Origin: a bacterium
GTDB lineage: Bacteria; Zhuqueibacterota; Zhuqueibacteria; Residuimicrobiales; Krinioviventaceae
Direction of reading: 5' to 3'
NCBI GenBank assembly: GCA_963693055.1
Contig: OY843751.1
Coordinates: 4,096,001-4,160,000 of the forward strand
DNA: 64,000 nt
Every line of letters begins with the position of its first letter. Position 1 is the stretch's first letter. The notes under the pieces are model-generated. The model was not told the DNA's origin, made no database searches, and worked only from the letters and a program-made list of their open reading frames with translations. Below are positions 10,028 to 22,500 of this stretch, piece by piece. Both the position numbers and the translations under genes were made by a program.

Positions 10028-10600
10028 CTAAATATTTTTTTCAAAATAATTGTATAATTTTTTATGTAAATTCTTTCTGGCGCGATGCAGTAACGACTCG
10101 ACAGAGGATACGGACGCATCCAATATATCCGCAATCTCTTTATTGCTGAATCCTTCATACTTGCTCAAAGTAATAGCGGTTTTCTGATTTTCCGGTAAAG
10201 AGTCTATTGCCGCATTCAGGATATCCGTACGCTCCTTTATTTCCAAATCTAGCAGCGGATCACTCTCACTTTTGATGTAAACGGGTTCAGCATCCTCCCC
10301 TTCTCCAAAAATCGATAAAACATAGCCAAACCGTTTTTTTCGTTTCTTTTTTCGCAGCAGATCCAGCGATTTATTGACCGCGATTCTATAAATCCAGGTG
10401 GAAAGCTGGGCATCACTTCTAAAGGAATGTACAGACCGGTACACCTCAACAAACACTTCCTGAGCGGTATCCTGCGCATCAAGATGATTGTGTAAAAAAT
10501 GAAAACAGGTGTTCAATACCTTATCTTTATACATCTCAACACAGGTTTGGAAAGCTCCTTCATTGCCTGCCTTTAATTTTTTGACCAGTTCGTTTTCCAC
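10028..10600 (-). CDS. ECF RNA polymerase sigma factor (sigma-70 family)
   Basis: 'DAQDTAQEVF', 'STWIYRIAVNKSLD' (region 2); 'LPENQKTAITL...SNKEIADIL..SVSSVESLLHRARKNL' (region 4); GTG start. Confidence 0.95.
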   Translation of the reverse strand: MENELVKKLKAGNEGAFQTCVEMYKDKVLNTCFHFLHNHLDAQDTAQEVFVEVYRSVHSFRSDAQLSTWIYRIAVNKSLDLLRKKKRKKRFGYVLSIFGEGEDAEPVYIKSESDPLLDLEIKERTDILNAAIDSLPENQKTAITLSKYEGFSNKEIADILDASVSSVESLLHRARKNLHKKLYNYFEKNI

Positions 10601-10793
10601 TCGGATCCTGAATTAATAAATAATTTACAATATACTCAATTCAAGCCCATTAATGCAACCCATGAAATGCATCAATCCATTTAAACTATATATTCAATGT
10701 ATCGAAATCAACTCGCTATTGATATTGTTTTTAAATTTCAATAAATTACCAAATCCACCAAATTAACATAAAATGAACAGGAGAAATGCTTTA

Positions 10794-12938
10794 ATGAAAA
10801 GAAAACGAATTGTTGTATTCGGTTTATTGATTCTAGGGCTCGTTTTCAATCAGTCCTACTCGCAGGATGCACTAAAAAAGTATACAGCAGAAGATACCGT
10901 ATATGTTTCCGCAGATAAAGATCCCAGAATTGCAGAATTTAACAGCATTGCTATTAAAATGCCGCTAACCATGCAAAGAACGCCGGCAACAGTACAGGCA
11001 ATTACTCAATCCACGCTTGAAGATCAAAACAGCATGGTGCTATCGGACGCCATGGAAAACATTAGCGGTGTAAATCCCCAGAGTGGTTATGGAACACATG
11101 ATTATTTTATGGTCCGTGGTTTCGATACACTTGAAAACGGATTAATGCTGACTGACGGCACCATAGAACCTGAAGCCATCATCCACAACATGTACAACAT
11201 TGAACGCGTTGAAGTGTTAAAAGGGCCGGGAGCCTTTTTGTACGGTGGTAATCCTCTTTCAGGGACCATCAATCTGGTACGTAAAATGGCACAATATCAG
11301 AACTTTGCCAATGCCACTGTATCCGGTGGAAGTTTCAATACCATGCGTGGTGTTGCGGATGTTAACGTGAGCAATAATGAAAATCTGGCATTCCGATTTA
11401 ATGGTGTTTATCAACAATCAGACATGTACCGTGATGATAAAGAAAGCACAGTATACGGCATTAATCCCGCGTTCTCGTGGAAACCCGCACTGCAAAGCCG
11501 GTTGGATGTCAATTACGAATATCTGAACAGCCAGTACAGTCCTGATGCCGGTCTTCCTGTCAGTTATACCCCAGACGGTACCATGAATCCACTCAACGGA
11601 TTAGATAAAATTGCGGATGTACCACGCGACCGTTCATATCAAACCCCCTTTGATGAATCGGAACAGATAATGCAGCGACTCAAAATACATTACACCCATA
11701 CCTTTAATAATCATGTAAAATTGAGCAACCGTTTTTTCTATACCGATCTGAAATGGGACTCCCAGGGAACAATGCTGTCCGGTGCATATCCTACAGGTTA
11801 TATGACAACCATGGTTCTCCGAAGCATGCAAAAATTAAATGACCACCAGAAAATCACCGGCAACCAGTTTGAACTGACATTCAGCAAAGAATTTGGCAAA
11901 ACACAGTACCAGTTGCTCACTGGCATAGAGGCACACCATTTCACTGATGTGTATACCATTGATGTAAACGCCTACCTGCCACCTTTAGACTTGAACAACC
12001 CCGTTGAAACCTTTAACGGAGACATGTCTACCGCGTATCGGTACCAGCAGGGTGACGCGGTAACCAATACATTTGCACCATACATCATGAATATATTGAC
12101 CCTGCCTCAGGGTATCAATTTCATGGCAGGTGGACGTTTAGATCATGCCACATATACAGACGATCTCAACAATGCGGACAAGACCTACAAACAGTTCAGT
12201 CCCATGGTTGGTGCAGGTTATAGTTTGCTCAAAAACACTTATCTCTATGCCAATGCGGGGCAGGCATTTTCAACACCATCCGTACGCCTGATCGGCTCAC
12301 TTGATCCGGAAGAGAGCTTTCAGGTAGAAGCGGGTATTAAACAGAGTTTTCTAAAAGGAAAGATCAAATCTTCTCTTGCGGTTTATTCGCTCAAGAAAAA
12401 AAACATGGCTATTCCTGACCAAACCCGCCTAATCAAACAAACCGGTACACAAAAATCACAAGGAGTTGAATTGGAGGTTACCGCACAAATGACCAAACAT
12501 TGTGCAAGCATTTTCTCCTATGCCTATACTGACGCCAAAATGACCGAGTTCTCTAAAATGGAAACCATAGGACAGGATGACTGGGGAATGCCAATAGAGA
12601 TGAATGTCGATTATACAGACAACCAGGCCAAATTTGCTCCCAAACATATCGTCAATTTCTGGCATTGGCGTGAAATCGGTAAACATGTTGAAATCGGTTT
12701 TGGTGCACGTTATGTGAGCGAACAATACATCTATTATAACAACGTTTTGAAACTTGATTCTTACTATACGTTGAATGCAATGGCAAGCTATTCGTTCAAG
12801 AACCTAAAATGGTTCATCAATGCTAAAAACATAACCGATAGCGAATACGAGTTGAGCGGATTCGATGGTTATTCGGTTATTCCGGCTGCACCTTTTGCAA
12901 TTTATAGCGGCATACGCTTTAATTTGGATTCTTTATAA
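10794..12938 (+). CDS. TonB-dependent (siderophore-type) receptor
   Basis: Start after an AGGAG RBS; plug motif 'NIERVEVLKGPGAFLYGGNPLSGTINLVRK'; barrel ending in 'NAKNITD..Y...YSGIRFNL'. Confidence 0.93.
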   Translation: MKRKRIVVFGLLILGLVFNQSYSQDALKKYTAEDTVYVSADKDPRIAEFNSIAIKMPLTMQRTPATVQAITQSTLEDQNSMVLSDAMENISGVNPQSGYGTHDYFMVRGFDTLENGLMLTDGTIEPEAIIHNMYNIERVEVLKGPGAFLYGGNPLSGTINLVRKMAQYQNFANATVSGGSFNTMRGVADVNVSNNENLAFRFNGVYQQSDMYRDDKESTVYGINPAFSWKPALQSRLDVNYEYLNSQYSPDAGLPVSYTPDGTMNPLNGLDKIADVPRDRSYQTPFDESEQIMQRLKIHYTHTFNNHVKLSNRFFYTDLKWDSQGTMLSGAYPTGYMTTMVLRSMQKLNDHQKITGNQFELTFSKEFGKTQYQLLTGIEAHHFTDVYTIDVNAYLPPLDLNNPVETFNGDMSTAYRYQQGDAVTNTFAPYIMNILTLPQGINFMAGGRLDHATYTDDLNNADKTYKQFSPMVGAGYSLLKNTYLYANAGQAFSTPSVRLIGSLDPEESFQVEAGIKQSFLKGKIKSSLAVYSLKKKNMAIPDQTRLIKQTGTQKSQGVELEVTAQMTKHCASIFSYAYTDAKMTEFSKMETIGQDDWGMPIEMNVDYTDNQAKFAPKHIVNFWHWREIGKHVEIGFGARYVSEQYIYYNNVLKLDSYYTLNAMASYSFKNLKWFINAKNITDSEYELSGFDGYSVIPAAPFAIYSGIRFNLDSL

Positions 12939-12968
12939 AAAAAAGGGAGCGAATGCTCCCCTTTTTTT
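12937..12968. terminator. Intrinsic terminator (bidirectional)
   Basis: A-run, gggagc-gaat-gctccc, T-run immediately after the TonB receptor stop. Confidence 0.85.
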
Positions 12969-13410
12969 ATTCAATAATTATTGCCGGGGGTGACTGGCCC
13001 CTGGCAAATTCTTTATCCTTGATACAAAATACAGCATATGGATTAGTGCCCTTTTTTGCTCCATTGCCCACATACCTTTTTATAAATCATAAAAAATCAA
13101 TCTCATGTAAACATTTTGAGAATTAAATTGTCTAATATTATATAAAACTTGTAACCTTGTTAAACATGTAAAGTTTTTAATATAAAGTATCTATTACTTT
13201 GAATATTTTTTATATTAAGGTTTATCAATATCAAGAACACCTTTATCACAGTCGACAATTTTTAACAAAATAAAAAATATTTTACCAGATATTGGAACGA
13301 ATTAACAGGAAATGTGGTTATATATAATAATCCACTCGAAGCAACATTTCTGTCACGGGCCGATATATTTAAATAGCTGAAAATTTAAGCATTGATTTAT
13401 TTTAATAGCA

Positions 13411-13626
13411 ATGAGCCGTTTGCTATTTCAGCCGGAGAAGTCCATGAAACCCATTACTCGCCAACAGGCGGAGAAACTGTTTGATCAGGCACAGGTCAAA
13501 ACCCACAAAATTGAGCAAAGCAAAAAAGAACTAACTATTTGTATAGCACTGGACAATGACAGATCCATATTTGTGGTATATGATAATAAGGAACATGAAG
13601 AAAAATATTTCTTCAAGGGGAACTAG
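13411..13626 (+). CDS. Small hypothetical protein
   Basis: Only ORF in an AT-rich gap, followed by a hairpin; may start at 13444 (MKPITRQ). Confidence 0.5.
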   Translation: MSRLLFQPEKSMKPITRQQAEKLFDQAQVKTHKIEQSKKELTICIALDNDRSIFVVYDNKEHEEKYFFKGN

Positions 13627-13647
13627 AAAAATTCTACGAGAATGATA

Positions 13648-13678
13648 TAACCATTCGGGCACAATACCCGAATGGTTA
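13648..13678. terminator. Hairpin between convergent genes
   Basis: taaccattcggg / cccgaatggtta perfect 12-bp stem. Confidence 0.7.
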
Positions 13679-13684
13679 CAAGGT

Positions 13685-16108
13685 TTATGATACATTTTTA
13701 TATTTACTTACCTGGGTCAATTTAAATGAAGATACCAGCGCCTCAAGCTCACTGGCCTGACTTGCAAGTTCTTCGGAAGAGGTTGCAGATTCTTCTGAAC
13801 TGGCCGAATTCTGCTGGGTTACCAGATTCACTTCTTCTACCATTCCACTCAGCTCTTTAATACCCTCACGCTGCCGCTCAAAGATACCAACAACATTTGT
13901 TAAAACATCTGAAAGCTTGTTGATATGATCGTCCATCATATCAAAGTTGTCAGAAACCGTACTGTTCATTTTTACAACGTCTTCAGCCTTATTTATCACA
14001 TCGGCAATCATATCAGCCGTAGACCCCGCGGCGTCAGCGCTTCGCATGGCAAGGTTGCGCACTTCTTCCGCAACCACGGCAAATCCTTTACCGCTTTCTC
14101 CTGCTCTTGCAGCTTCTACCGCTGCATTCAGCGCAAGCAGATTGGTTTGAAAGGCTATTTCATCAATGGTATTGATAATTTTTGAAGTCTTGTCTGAAGA
14201 GTCTTTGATATCTTTAACGGATCTGGAGAGCATCTTCATATTATCCAGCCCCATTTGCACATTACTGTTACATGTAGAGATCATATTATTAGATGCCTGA
14301 ATTGTAGTTACATTCTGATTAATCAGATCTGCCATGGCTAATAAATTACTGCTCATGTTCTCTATGGATGCTGCCTGTTCTGCTGCTCCATTGGCCAGAT
14401 TTTGACTTCCCATACTAATATGATCTGATGCATTTGCAACCTGCATAGTGGAAGCAGCAACCTGGGTAAAGCCCTGCTCCAGATTTAACAAGGTAGTATT
14501 TAAAGCATTTTTGATCCGGGCATGGTCTCCAACATAATCCCCATGCATTCGTGGAGTCAGGTCTTTGTTTGCCAGCAAATCAAGTACACCTATTGCTTCT
14601 TCAATGGGTGTTAGTATATTTTGTATTGCATCGTTAAAACTGTTTATTAAATCCAGATATACACCCTGGGTATCATCTGAACTGGCTCGAGATTTCAGAT
14701 CACCGGTTTTGATGGAATCAGCAACCTGTTTAACCTGTTCCAAAGCCCGCTGTGAATTTCTGATTTCTGATTGAATTTTATCATTACTGCTTTTCAGATT
14801 ATCAACCATGGTTCTGTATGCATTGGCCAATGTTCCAATTTCATCATTTTGATAAATATCAATTTCCTGGTCCAGATCGCCCTGAGCAATTCGCTCAGAA
14901 ATCCGGGTCAATCGAATAACAGGTGCGGTCAATCTGTTACCGGCAATTAATGAGATGGCTACCCCGGCAAGTAATAGCACCAGACCAACCCCCGCAAAGG
15001 TGTATAAAAGCTGATTTAAAGAACCATGAACAACCTGTTGTGTCTCTAGAAAATCATCCTCATAAACACTGGCACCAATTACCCAATCCCATGGCTCAAA
15101 ATAAGCAAGGGCCGCAATTTTTTTACGTGCTGTATTTTCATTTATATTTTTCCAATAGTATTCCTGAAAAGCGATCTGCTTTTTATCTAATGCAAGTGCA
15201 GTGCTGATCATATTTTTGACAAAATAACTTCCATCTGCATCCTTTGCGTTGTATATATTCTCACCATCGCGAGTACCTCCGTAAGAGATAATATAGTTTC
15301 CTTTATTCATACCACTGCCTTCTAAAGCAAAGACATAACCGGTCTTGCCGACAGTAATATCCATAATCCCTTTGCGAAGATTTTCAACAGCATCTTGCTT
15401 AACCCCTACATATAACAGACCTATAATTTCTCCGCTGCTATTTTTAACGGGTTTGTAAACAGTAAGATACCAGGCATTTACAACAAAAGCGCGTCCATGA
15501 AAAGTTTCGCCACGCATTACAGTAGATATCACAGGATTAGCAGAACCATCCGGATTAACTGCCGGGATATAGGTACCAATAGCACGGGTTCCATCTTTTT
15601 TCTCAACATTGGTGCAAATTCTCAGCATATCACCGCTGCTGTTCATTCTTTGAAAAATAGTACATGTGCCCCCAACCAGGTCTTTAACTTTATCAACCAG
15701 GGGAGATTCGGTTGTCATCTCGTAATTTTTTCCCAGCCACTTTTCACCAATTTCAAATTGAGGCAGTTCTACTTTTAATGACTTGCCGGTATACTGGTTT
15801 ATTGCATTCCAGCTTGTGGTTTTGGTATTGTTCTCCCTCAACTTGCCCATGGATTGCAATTGAAATTCTGCAACATTTAGATTTTTGGTTAATTGATCTT
15901 TGATAATTTCATGCGATGTTTGACAATAGTTGTAAACATCTTTAGTGACTTGGGCAATATTTTGTTCTTTAAGCAAATCCAATTGACTCATAATTACAGA
16001 ATCCACGTCGTGTTGCTTTTCAAATGTTAACAAAAAAAGAACCAGTATAGTACCGAAAATTGAAATTACAGGTAAAGCTATAATCTTTTGTTTGATGGAT
16101 AATTGCAT
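13685..16108 (-). CDS. Methyl-accepting chemotaxis protein with Cache_3-Cache_2 and Cache_2 sensor domains and HAMP
   Basis: '[21 protein letters not shown]...RAIGTYIP', '[10 protein letters not shown]', HAMP 'DEIGTLA', signalling hairpin '[37 protein letters not shown]'. Confidence 0.96.
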   Translation of the reverse strand: MQLSIKQKIIALPVISIFGTILVLFLLTFEKQHDVDSVIMSQLDLLKEQNIAQVTKDVYNYCQTSHEIIKDQLTKNLNVAEFQLQSMGKLRENNTKTTSWNAINQYTGKSLKVELPQFEIGEKWLGKNYEMTTESPLVDKVKDLVGGTCTIFQRMNSSGDMLRICTNVEKKDGTRAIGTYIPAVNPDGSANPVISTVMRGETFHGRAFVVNAWYLTVYKPVKNSSGEIIGLLYVGVKQDAVENLRKGIMDITVGKTGYVFALEGSGMNKGNYIISYGGTRDGENIYNAKDADGSYFVKNMISTALALDKKQIAFQEYYWKNINENTARKKIAALAYFEPWDWVIGASVYEDDFLETQQVVHGSLNQLLYTFAGVGLVLLLAGVAISLIAGNRLTAPVIRLTRISERIAQGDLDQEIDIYQNDEIGTLANAYRTMVDNLKSSNDKIQSEIRNSQRALEQVKQVADSIKTGDLKSRASSDDTQGVYLDLINSFNDAIQNILTPIEEAIGVLDLLANKDLTPRMHGDYVGDHARIKNALNTTLLNLEQGFTQVAASTMQVANASDHISMGSQNLANGAAEQAASIENMSSNLLAMADLINQNVTTIQASNNMISTCNSNVQMGLDNMKMLSRSVKDIKDSSDKTSKIINTIDEIAFQTNLLALNAAVEAARAGESGKGFAVVAEEVRNLAMRSADAAGSTADMIADVINKAEDVVKMNSTVSDNFDMMDDHINKLSDVLTNVVGIFERQREGIKELSGMVEEVNLVTQQNSASSEESATSSEELASQASELEALVSSFKLTQVSKYKNVS

Positions 16109-16660
16109 AATCTACTCCTTGTCTGCAATATTCACACTATCATTTCACTGTTTTATTATGAATATCCAACCCCCTATAAATAATTTTTTACACAAATTTC
16201 AACTGGATTGACGGGAATCCCCTATTTAATATATGCAAATTATAATCAGGAATTAAATCTGCATATAAACAAAATAGTGGATTTGAATCTAGTTCAATTA
16301 CAATTCAGTATCTACAAAAACCGAACCAAACCCCAAAACATCCACAATCGGGCAATTAAAATAATTTATTGTTTTTATATAACTTACAATATTAACATAA
16401 AATTAATATATTCAAAGTTTTAAAAAAATCGGTAAAACTAGTTCAAAAAGAAAAATTTGGGGAAAGCAGGAAAAAACTACTCGAGTAAGTAGAAATTTAA
16501 AATCCAATTATTTCTACAGGTATGCAATCATTTTGTAGTTTAAGATATATAAAAAAATAGGTGACTCTGGCTATCTGACATATTGCCCAAAACCCGCAGG
16601 ATTATTATATTATATATCTGTGTTAATACTGACAAGAAAGAATAAAAAACTGAGGAATTT

Positions 16661-17494
16661 ATGAGTATTCAATCCATATCAGACAAAACGACACTGAACA
16701 ATGGCGTACAAATGCCCTGGCTTGGGCTGGGGGTTTTCGAGTCCCGCGAAGGCGGCGAGATTGAAAACGCCATACATACGGCTTTTGAACAGGGTTACCG
16801 CAGCATTGATACTGCATCTTTTTATTATAATGAACGAGGGGTTGGTAAAGCAATCCAGGAAAGCAATGTACCCCGTAAAGAAATATTTGTAACCACAAAA
16901 ATCTGGAATGATGATGTTCGCGCCGGTCGCACAAAGCAGGCATTTGAAATAAGCCTTGAAAAGCTGGGACTCGATTACATTGATCTATATCTCATCCATT
17001 GGCCGGTGGGTGGACATTTTGTTCAAGCCTGGAAAGATTTGGAAGAGATTTATCAATCAGGCCTGGTCAAAGCCATTGGAGTCAGTAACTTTATGGTCCA
17101 TCATTTACAGGAGCTGATGGATAGCAGCGAAATCATCCCCACAGTAAACCAGGTTGAATTTCATCCACGGTTGGTGCAGCCCAAACTGCGACAATTCTGC
17201 AAAGAAAACAAAATCCAGTTTGAAGCCTGGAGCCCCCTTATGCGAGGAGAGATCTTTAGCATACCACAAATCAACGATCTGGCAAAAAAATATAATAAAA
17301 CCGAAGCGCAAATTGTTCTGCGCTGGGATTTGCAGCACGAGGTTGTTACTATTCCCAAATCTGCCAAACCGGAACGTATTATTGCAAATGCACAAATTTT
17401 TGATTTTGAATTGAAACCGGAAGAAATGGACCTGCTGGATGGACTTGACAATGCAACCCGAACCGGTCCGGATCCCAATAATTTCAACTTTTAA
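16661..17494 (+). CDS. Aldo/keto reductase (AKR5 / glyoxal reductase-like)
   Basis: 'LNNGVQMPWLGLG', 'GYRSIDTASFY', 'DLYLIHWP', 'IGVSNF', 'NQVEFHP', 'IPKS'. Confidence 0.95.
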   Translation: MSIQSISDKTTLNNGVQMPWLGLGVFESREGGEIENAIHTAFEQGYRSIDTASFYYNERGVGKAIQESNVPRKEIFVTTKIWNDDVRAGRTKQAFEISLEKLGLDYIDLYLIHWPVGGHFVQAWKDLEEIYQSGLVKAIGVSNFMVHHLQELMDSSEIIPTVNQVEFHPRLVQPKLRQFCKENKIQFEAWSPLMRGEIFSIPQINDLAKKYNKTEAQIVLRWDLQHEVVTIPKSAKPERIIANAQIFDFELKPEEMDLLDGLDNATRTGPDPNNFNF

Positions 17495-17500
17495 TAAAGA

Positions 17501-17532
17501 TTCCTCCGGTCCCCCCTATATTACCGGAGGAA
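17501..17532. terminator. Hairpin between convergent genes
   Basis: ttcctccggt ... accggaggaa 10-bp stem. Confidence 0.6.
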
Positions 17533-17539
17533 CAAATTC

Positions 17540-19471
17540 TCATCGTATCAATACCATTTTACGGGTATCTGAAAATTCATTTGAACGGATGGTATAATAA
17601 TAAACACCTGATGCAGCCTGGTTGCCAGATGCATCGGTCCCGTTCCACATGACCTCATAATGGCCGGCTGGTCTGTCTTCATCAACCAGGGTGTCCAGTT
17701 TTTCCCCCTTTACATTGTAAACACCAAGCTCTACAAAACCGTGTTCCTGTAATTCAAATGATATCCGTGTAACGGGATTAAAGGGATTGGGATAATTTTG
17801 ATACAATCGATATTGGTTGGGAGTGTGGGTGTTTAAATCCACAGCAGCATAAGTAGTTATATTTTCAACCAGTTGCGCGTCTGATTCCAGTGTAAGCGAA
17901 TCTCCCATGGTAGGATAAAGGGTTAATCTCAGTCCATAAAAACCGGGAGTCAAACCCTGTGTATTCCACAAGGCCAGCAAACCATTTTCAACAGGTTGCT
18001 TATGCACACCATCGGTATCCCACCAAACAGTACTGCTGTCTCTGCTTCCGGCTGCATATTCAATCTTGTATTGTTTGAACTCGAGCGGATTATCAGGACC
18101 GCTAAGAATTCTTGCCGAACCCACAACAGGTACCTGTTCATTTACCCTGTTGTCTACCCATCCAATCTTTTCCTCAAACAAGAGTGCGCCTCCATGTGCT
18201 TCAGGAACAGCCAGATAGCCGGTATTTAACAGCGCAATAGCGGCAGACTCGTCAGCGTCAATTTCCGTGCCCAACAAAGATGACATGGCAGCCACCAGAA
18301 TTCCGGTTTCTCGCGCAATGGTTTGAGACATGTTCAACGTACGGTACAGTACCATTTCACTTTTAGCAAAAGCGCCAATATACCCTCCACTGCCATCGCA
18401 CACACTGTTATCAACAACAACGTGAGAACTGTCCATTGACAAAATTTCACCAAACACACAATTTTCTACAGTCAGTTTTGCTTCTTTTGACGCGTAAAAA
18501 TTCCAGGTTTCTACTTTTGTATTTATCATGCGCATATTCCGATCAGGTACATCCAGCACCTTGTCTGAATATTTATATCCATTGGTCAAATTTGATATTG
18601 TCACAGAATCTGGAATATCCACATACAGCCCCGCCGCGCGTAATTTTGTATCTCTGAATATTGCATCACACCCACTAATGGCAATAGTTCCCCACCAAAC
18701 ATTTGTACAACTATCTACAGATACAGCATAATCAATGCCTACTACGCCGGGTGTTTCCCCAGAAAACTCGAAACCGGTAACCAATGAATCCGCAGGTAAA
18801 GCCATATCTACAACACTGTTTTCCGGTAATATAAACCAGAACAACAGAGAATCACATTGGCTGAATTTTATAGTGTTTTGATTAAAGCAAAGATACTCCC
18901 CCGGTAGAATGCTTCTGGCAATATCGGCGCTGCTGTTTTCCATCATTGCGGTTGTAATAAATCCTTTGGTGATATGAGAATCATGGATTTCAAGATACGC
19001 TTCGTTGGTCATACCAATATCCCAACTTTGATTAGAAGATGTAAAATTCACCCCGTTCATCAAAAACCTTCCATCCTCAATTATCAGAGATTCATGTTCA
19101 TAAATATATTCCTGATTAATAGTAAAATTACCACCGCGTACATCCAGCGTACCATTCCCCATGATATAAATATCACCATCGATATAAAAATCAGCGTTAT
19201 CCAATAACAACGTGCCATTATTCACAATTGCAAGATCACCATTCAGACGATAACTGCCGGTAATTGTAACCATCTCATTGGGATCAGGATACCCTACAAT
19301 GAGCTTGGCATCATTGGTTTTCTTTTGTTTCTTTAATTGTGGTAAAGAATGGAGTGATCTTGCAAAGGATTTTGCCTGATTTGAAGGAATTACCAATAAT
19401 GAATCCTGAGCAAGAGCTATCTCAGATATAACAAAACTAACAATTATTGCTACGAGCCCCAAATATCTCAT
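17540..19471 (-). CDS. Secreted protein (beta-helix-like body, Ig-like domain) with FlgD-Ig/T9SS-type C-terminal domain
   Basis: Signal peptide; repetitive beta-rich body; 'YQNYPNPFNPVTRISF...WNGTDASGNQAASGVYYY...RKMVLIR'. Confidence 0.75.
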   Translation of the reverse strand: MRYLGLVAIIVSFVISEIALAQDSLLVIPSNQAKSFARSLHSLPQLKKQKKTNDAKLIVGYPDPNEMVTITGSYRLNGDLAIVNNGTLLLDNADFYIDGDIYIMGNGTLDVRGGNFTINQEYIYEHESLIIEDGRFLMNGVNFTSSNQSWDIGMTNEAYLEIHDSHITKGFITTAMMENSSADIARSILPGEYLCFNQNTIKFSQCDSLLFWFILPENSVVDMALPADSLVTGFEFSGETPGVVGIDYAVSVDSCTNVWWGTIAISGCDAIFRDTKLRAAGLYVDIPDSVTISNLTNGYKYSDKVLDVPDRNMRMINTKVETWNFYASKEAKLTVENCVFGEILSMDSSHVVVDNSVCDGSGGYIGAFAKSEMVLYRTLNMSQTIARETGILVAAMSSLLGTEIDADESAAIALLNTGYLAVPEAHGGALLFEEKIGWVDNRVNEQVPVVGSARILSGPDNPLEFKQYKIEYAAGSRDSSTVWWDTDGVHKQPVENGLLALWNTQGLTPGFYGLRLTLYPTMGDSLTLESDAQLVENITTYAAVDLNTHTPNQYRLYQNYPNPFNPVTRISFELQEHGFVELGVYNVKGEKLDTLVDEDRPAGHYEVMWNGTDASGNQAASGVYYYTIRSNEFSDTRKMVLIR

Positions 19472-19553
19472 GCGTATCTACTCCTGATTTTATCCAACTT
19501 ATAGTACGAAAAAAAACAGAATTAGCGTGTGACCCTACGCACAGAGATAAAAT

Positions 19554-22500
19554 TTATTTATGAGAATATTGATAGGTTATATCAAAGCGGGTACCCTTGG
19601 AATTTGACACCTCTATTTTTCCACCAAGCTGCCCCACAAGGCTGTTAACAAGGCGTAGACCCAATGATTTAACACTGTTAAAGTCAATATCAGAATCCAG
19701 CCCAATTCCTTCATCCCATATTGATAGATTATGTTTAGAGCAATTTTCATAATCGTTATTGCACGGGCCAACTTTAAGCTGAAGATAAATATCACCCTTG
19801 CCATCAGGATATGCATATTTAAAAGCGTTTGTCATCAGTTCATTTACAATTAATCCACAAGGAATTGAACGATCAATATCAAGCCCCACATCATCAGGAA
19901 TATCAATATTGACCTTAACATTGTTTGCCTGTTCTTTGAAAAGATAGGAAATATGATCAACAATACCCTGCATATAAGATTTAAAATCAATTTTTGAGAG
20001 ATCATTCGTTTGATACAATCTCTCATGCACCAACGCAATTGTTTTTACTCTGTTACGACTCTCTTCTATAACGTTCTGTACATTATCTTCCGGATGGTTG
20101 CGTCCCTGTAAATAGAGCAGGCTTGAAATAATTTGCAGATTATTCTTAACCCGGTGATGTATTTCTTTGAGCAAAACTTCTTTTTCACTCAATGATTTCT
20201 TTAATTCATTTTCAAATAAAATCTGGTCTGTTACTTCCATTCCATAAATATTAAAATAAGATTCACCAGAAATTGGGGTAATGGTCAATTTGTAATAATA
20301 TTCTTCATGACATTGCTCAATATACTCTTGCACCTTGTTTTCACGCTCGGCTTTTAAAATTATTTCAAAAATATAATCTGGTACTGTATTGCCTATTTTA
20401 ACATCCCACTGTGATAAAAGCTGAAAGGATGACTCGTTTGCAAACAAGATTACACCCGTTTCATCAATGCGAATTACAGGACTCGGATTTTCGTTTGGAA
20501 AACGCGCCATACTTGCAATATTGACTTGAGCTTCCCGGATTGCAATCAACTGGTTTTCCAACAATTTGTTAATATTGGCAAGCTCCATATTTTTATTATC
20601 TACCAGTTTTTTGGCTTGCATCAACTCTTTATTCTGTGTTTCAAGCATTACATTATTTTTCAAGTTTCGGAAAATCAAAAATGTGATCACCAGTAATAGC
20701 GTCATCATCATTCCAACAAACCAATTTTGCTTCCAAATTGGAGGCAAAACATGAAAATGTATCTTTGCAGGAGTAGGATCTACATTCAGATCTTTATTCA
20801 TTGCACGAATTTGAATCGTATGCATTCCCGGTGACAGGTTCAAAAAAACATTATTTGTTTCAGGCGTGTATTCGGACCAGTTACCATCATCCAACTGATA
20901 TGAATAAAGCAATTCATTGTCATTATGGGGCTGCCAACGATCATTCCCATCCCATCTAATTACAACATTTCCCGGACTTGCAACTTTATCAAACGATGAA
21001 AAAATAGTGGTTTCAGGAATATTCTTTTCAAAAAACACACCTACACTAAATACTTTATCAAAGTCATAATCAATCTTGGGGTATTCCGGATTGGGTTGTA
21101 AAAACCAAAACTCGTTAAAAAAATTCAACCAAAGTTTTGAATCACTTTCTTTATAAAAATAGATATAATCTTTAATATCCAAATCAAATGGAAATTCCAA
21201 ATCAAACCATTGTGTCATTTCTATATCAATTTCATTCAAGATACCATAATTAATTCCTATTTTTGTAGAAATCACTACACGGTTGTTACTCAGGAATACG
21301 ACTTCACGAATATTATTATCAATCAAACCACCTGATGTATCTAATATCTTCCAATCATTGCCATTATATACAACAATACCATAGCCTCTGCTGCAAAACC
21401 ATAACCTGCCAGCAGGATCAAGCACTATATTATCAAATTTTGCCTTTTCAAGTCCGGGCACCAAGACATCTTGCCAGATCTGGCCATCAAACACTTTGAT
21501 TCCGTAATAACCGCAGCTCCATATACGACCGTCAGGAGACTGTTCAAGTCCATACGAAACATCCGGGGCATTGGGTTCAAGATGATGGTACCATTCTCCT
21601 CCTGTCTGCTCATTAGGAATAAACTCTAATAACCCACCCTTGAAATTTTCATCAAACGCAAAATCGACAGCACCGGATATCCATAAATGACCATCCTGAT
21701 CTTCAAGGATAGCGTTATATCCAATTGACCAGGAAAGATTTGGGTGTTTAGTTCGTACCCATTTATTATTTTCATAAAATGCAGTTGCTGCAACACCATT
21801 ATGCGAACCCATAGCCCAGACTTGCCCATTTTTCAGTCCAAAAAGATGTTGTGGGTGACTCATTAAACCCTCTTTAACACCAAAACGGGTTTGCTTTTCC
21901 TGCTTTACCTGAATAACATCACTATTATTATCAATATACCAGTTTGCACCCATATCATCTTTTAATTGAAGCACACCAGTATTCCAAAAGGCTTCTTCCT
22001 TGCTTGCATTTACAAATCTGGAGACAAACTGGTTTTCACCGCATAGCCAAACATCACCGTTTAAATCTACCAGTCCGAACGTTCTATTACTGGGAACTTT
22101 ATTTTTTAAGGATGAATAGGTATAAATTTTTATATCATCATTTTTTAAAACATGAAATGACTGGCTTCCGGTAATCCATATCTCATCATCTGCCTCAATT
22201 AAATCAGAATTTCTGTTAAAACCGCCAAGGCTTGTAAAATCAATATATCTCCACTTTTCATTCTCAAAAACATGAACACCACTGTTTTTATCTTCACTTA
22301 ATACCCAAATAGCTCCGTCTTGGGTCTGAAACAAATATGGAGTTTCACCATATACCAGGCCATCATTTTCAGTATAAAATGTATCAAATAATCTGCTATC
22401 ATCCTTATCTTTTGAAATCCTGAACCACCCAACATCACCATTCTGAACAGCATACCATATGCGATGATTAAAAACATCAAAAACCAGATTTCGGGGTTGA

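Noticed and set aside
10715-10745. Fur box upstream of the TonB receptor
   Set aside because: Only a weak match (tgatatt-g-tttttaa) in very AT-rich DNA.
13225-13370. Sigma-28 (FliA) promoters near the small ORF
   Set aside because: GCCGATAT and GTCGACAA -10-like words are present, but -35 and spacing matches are poor.
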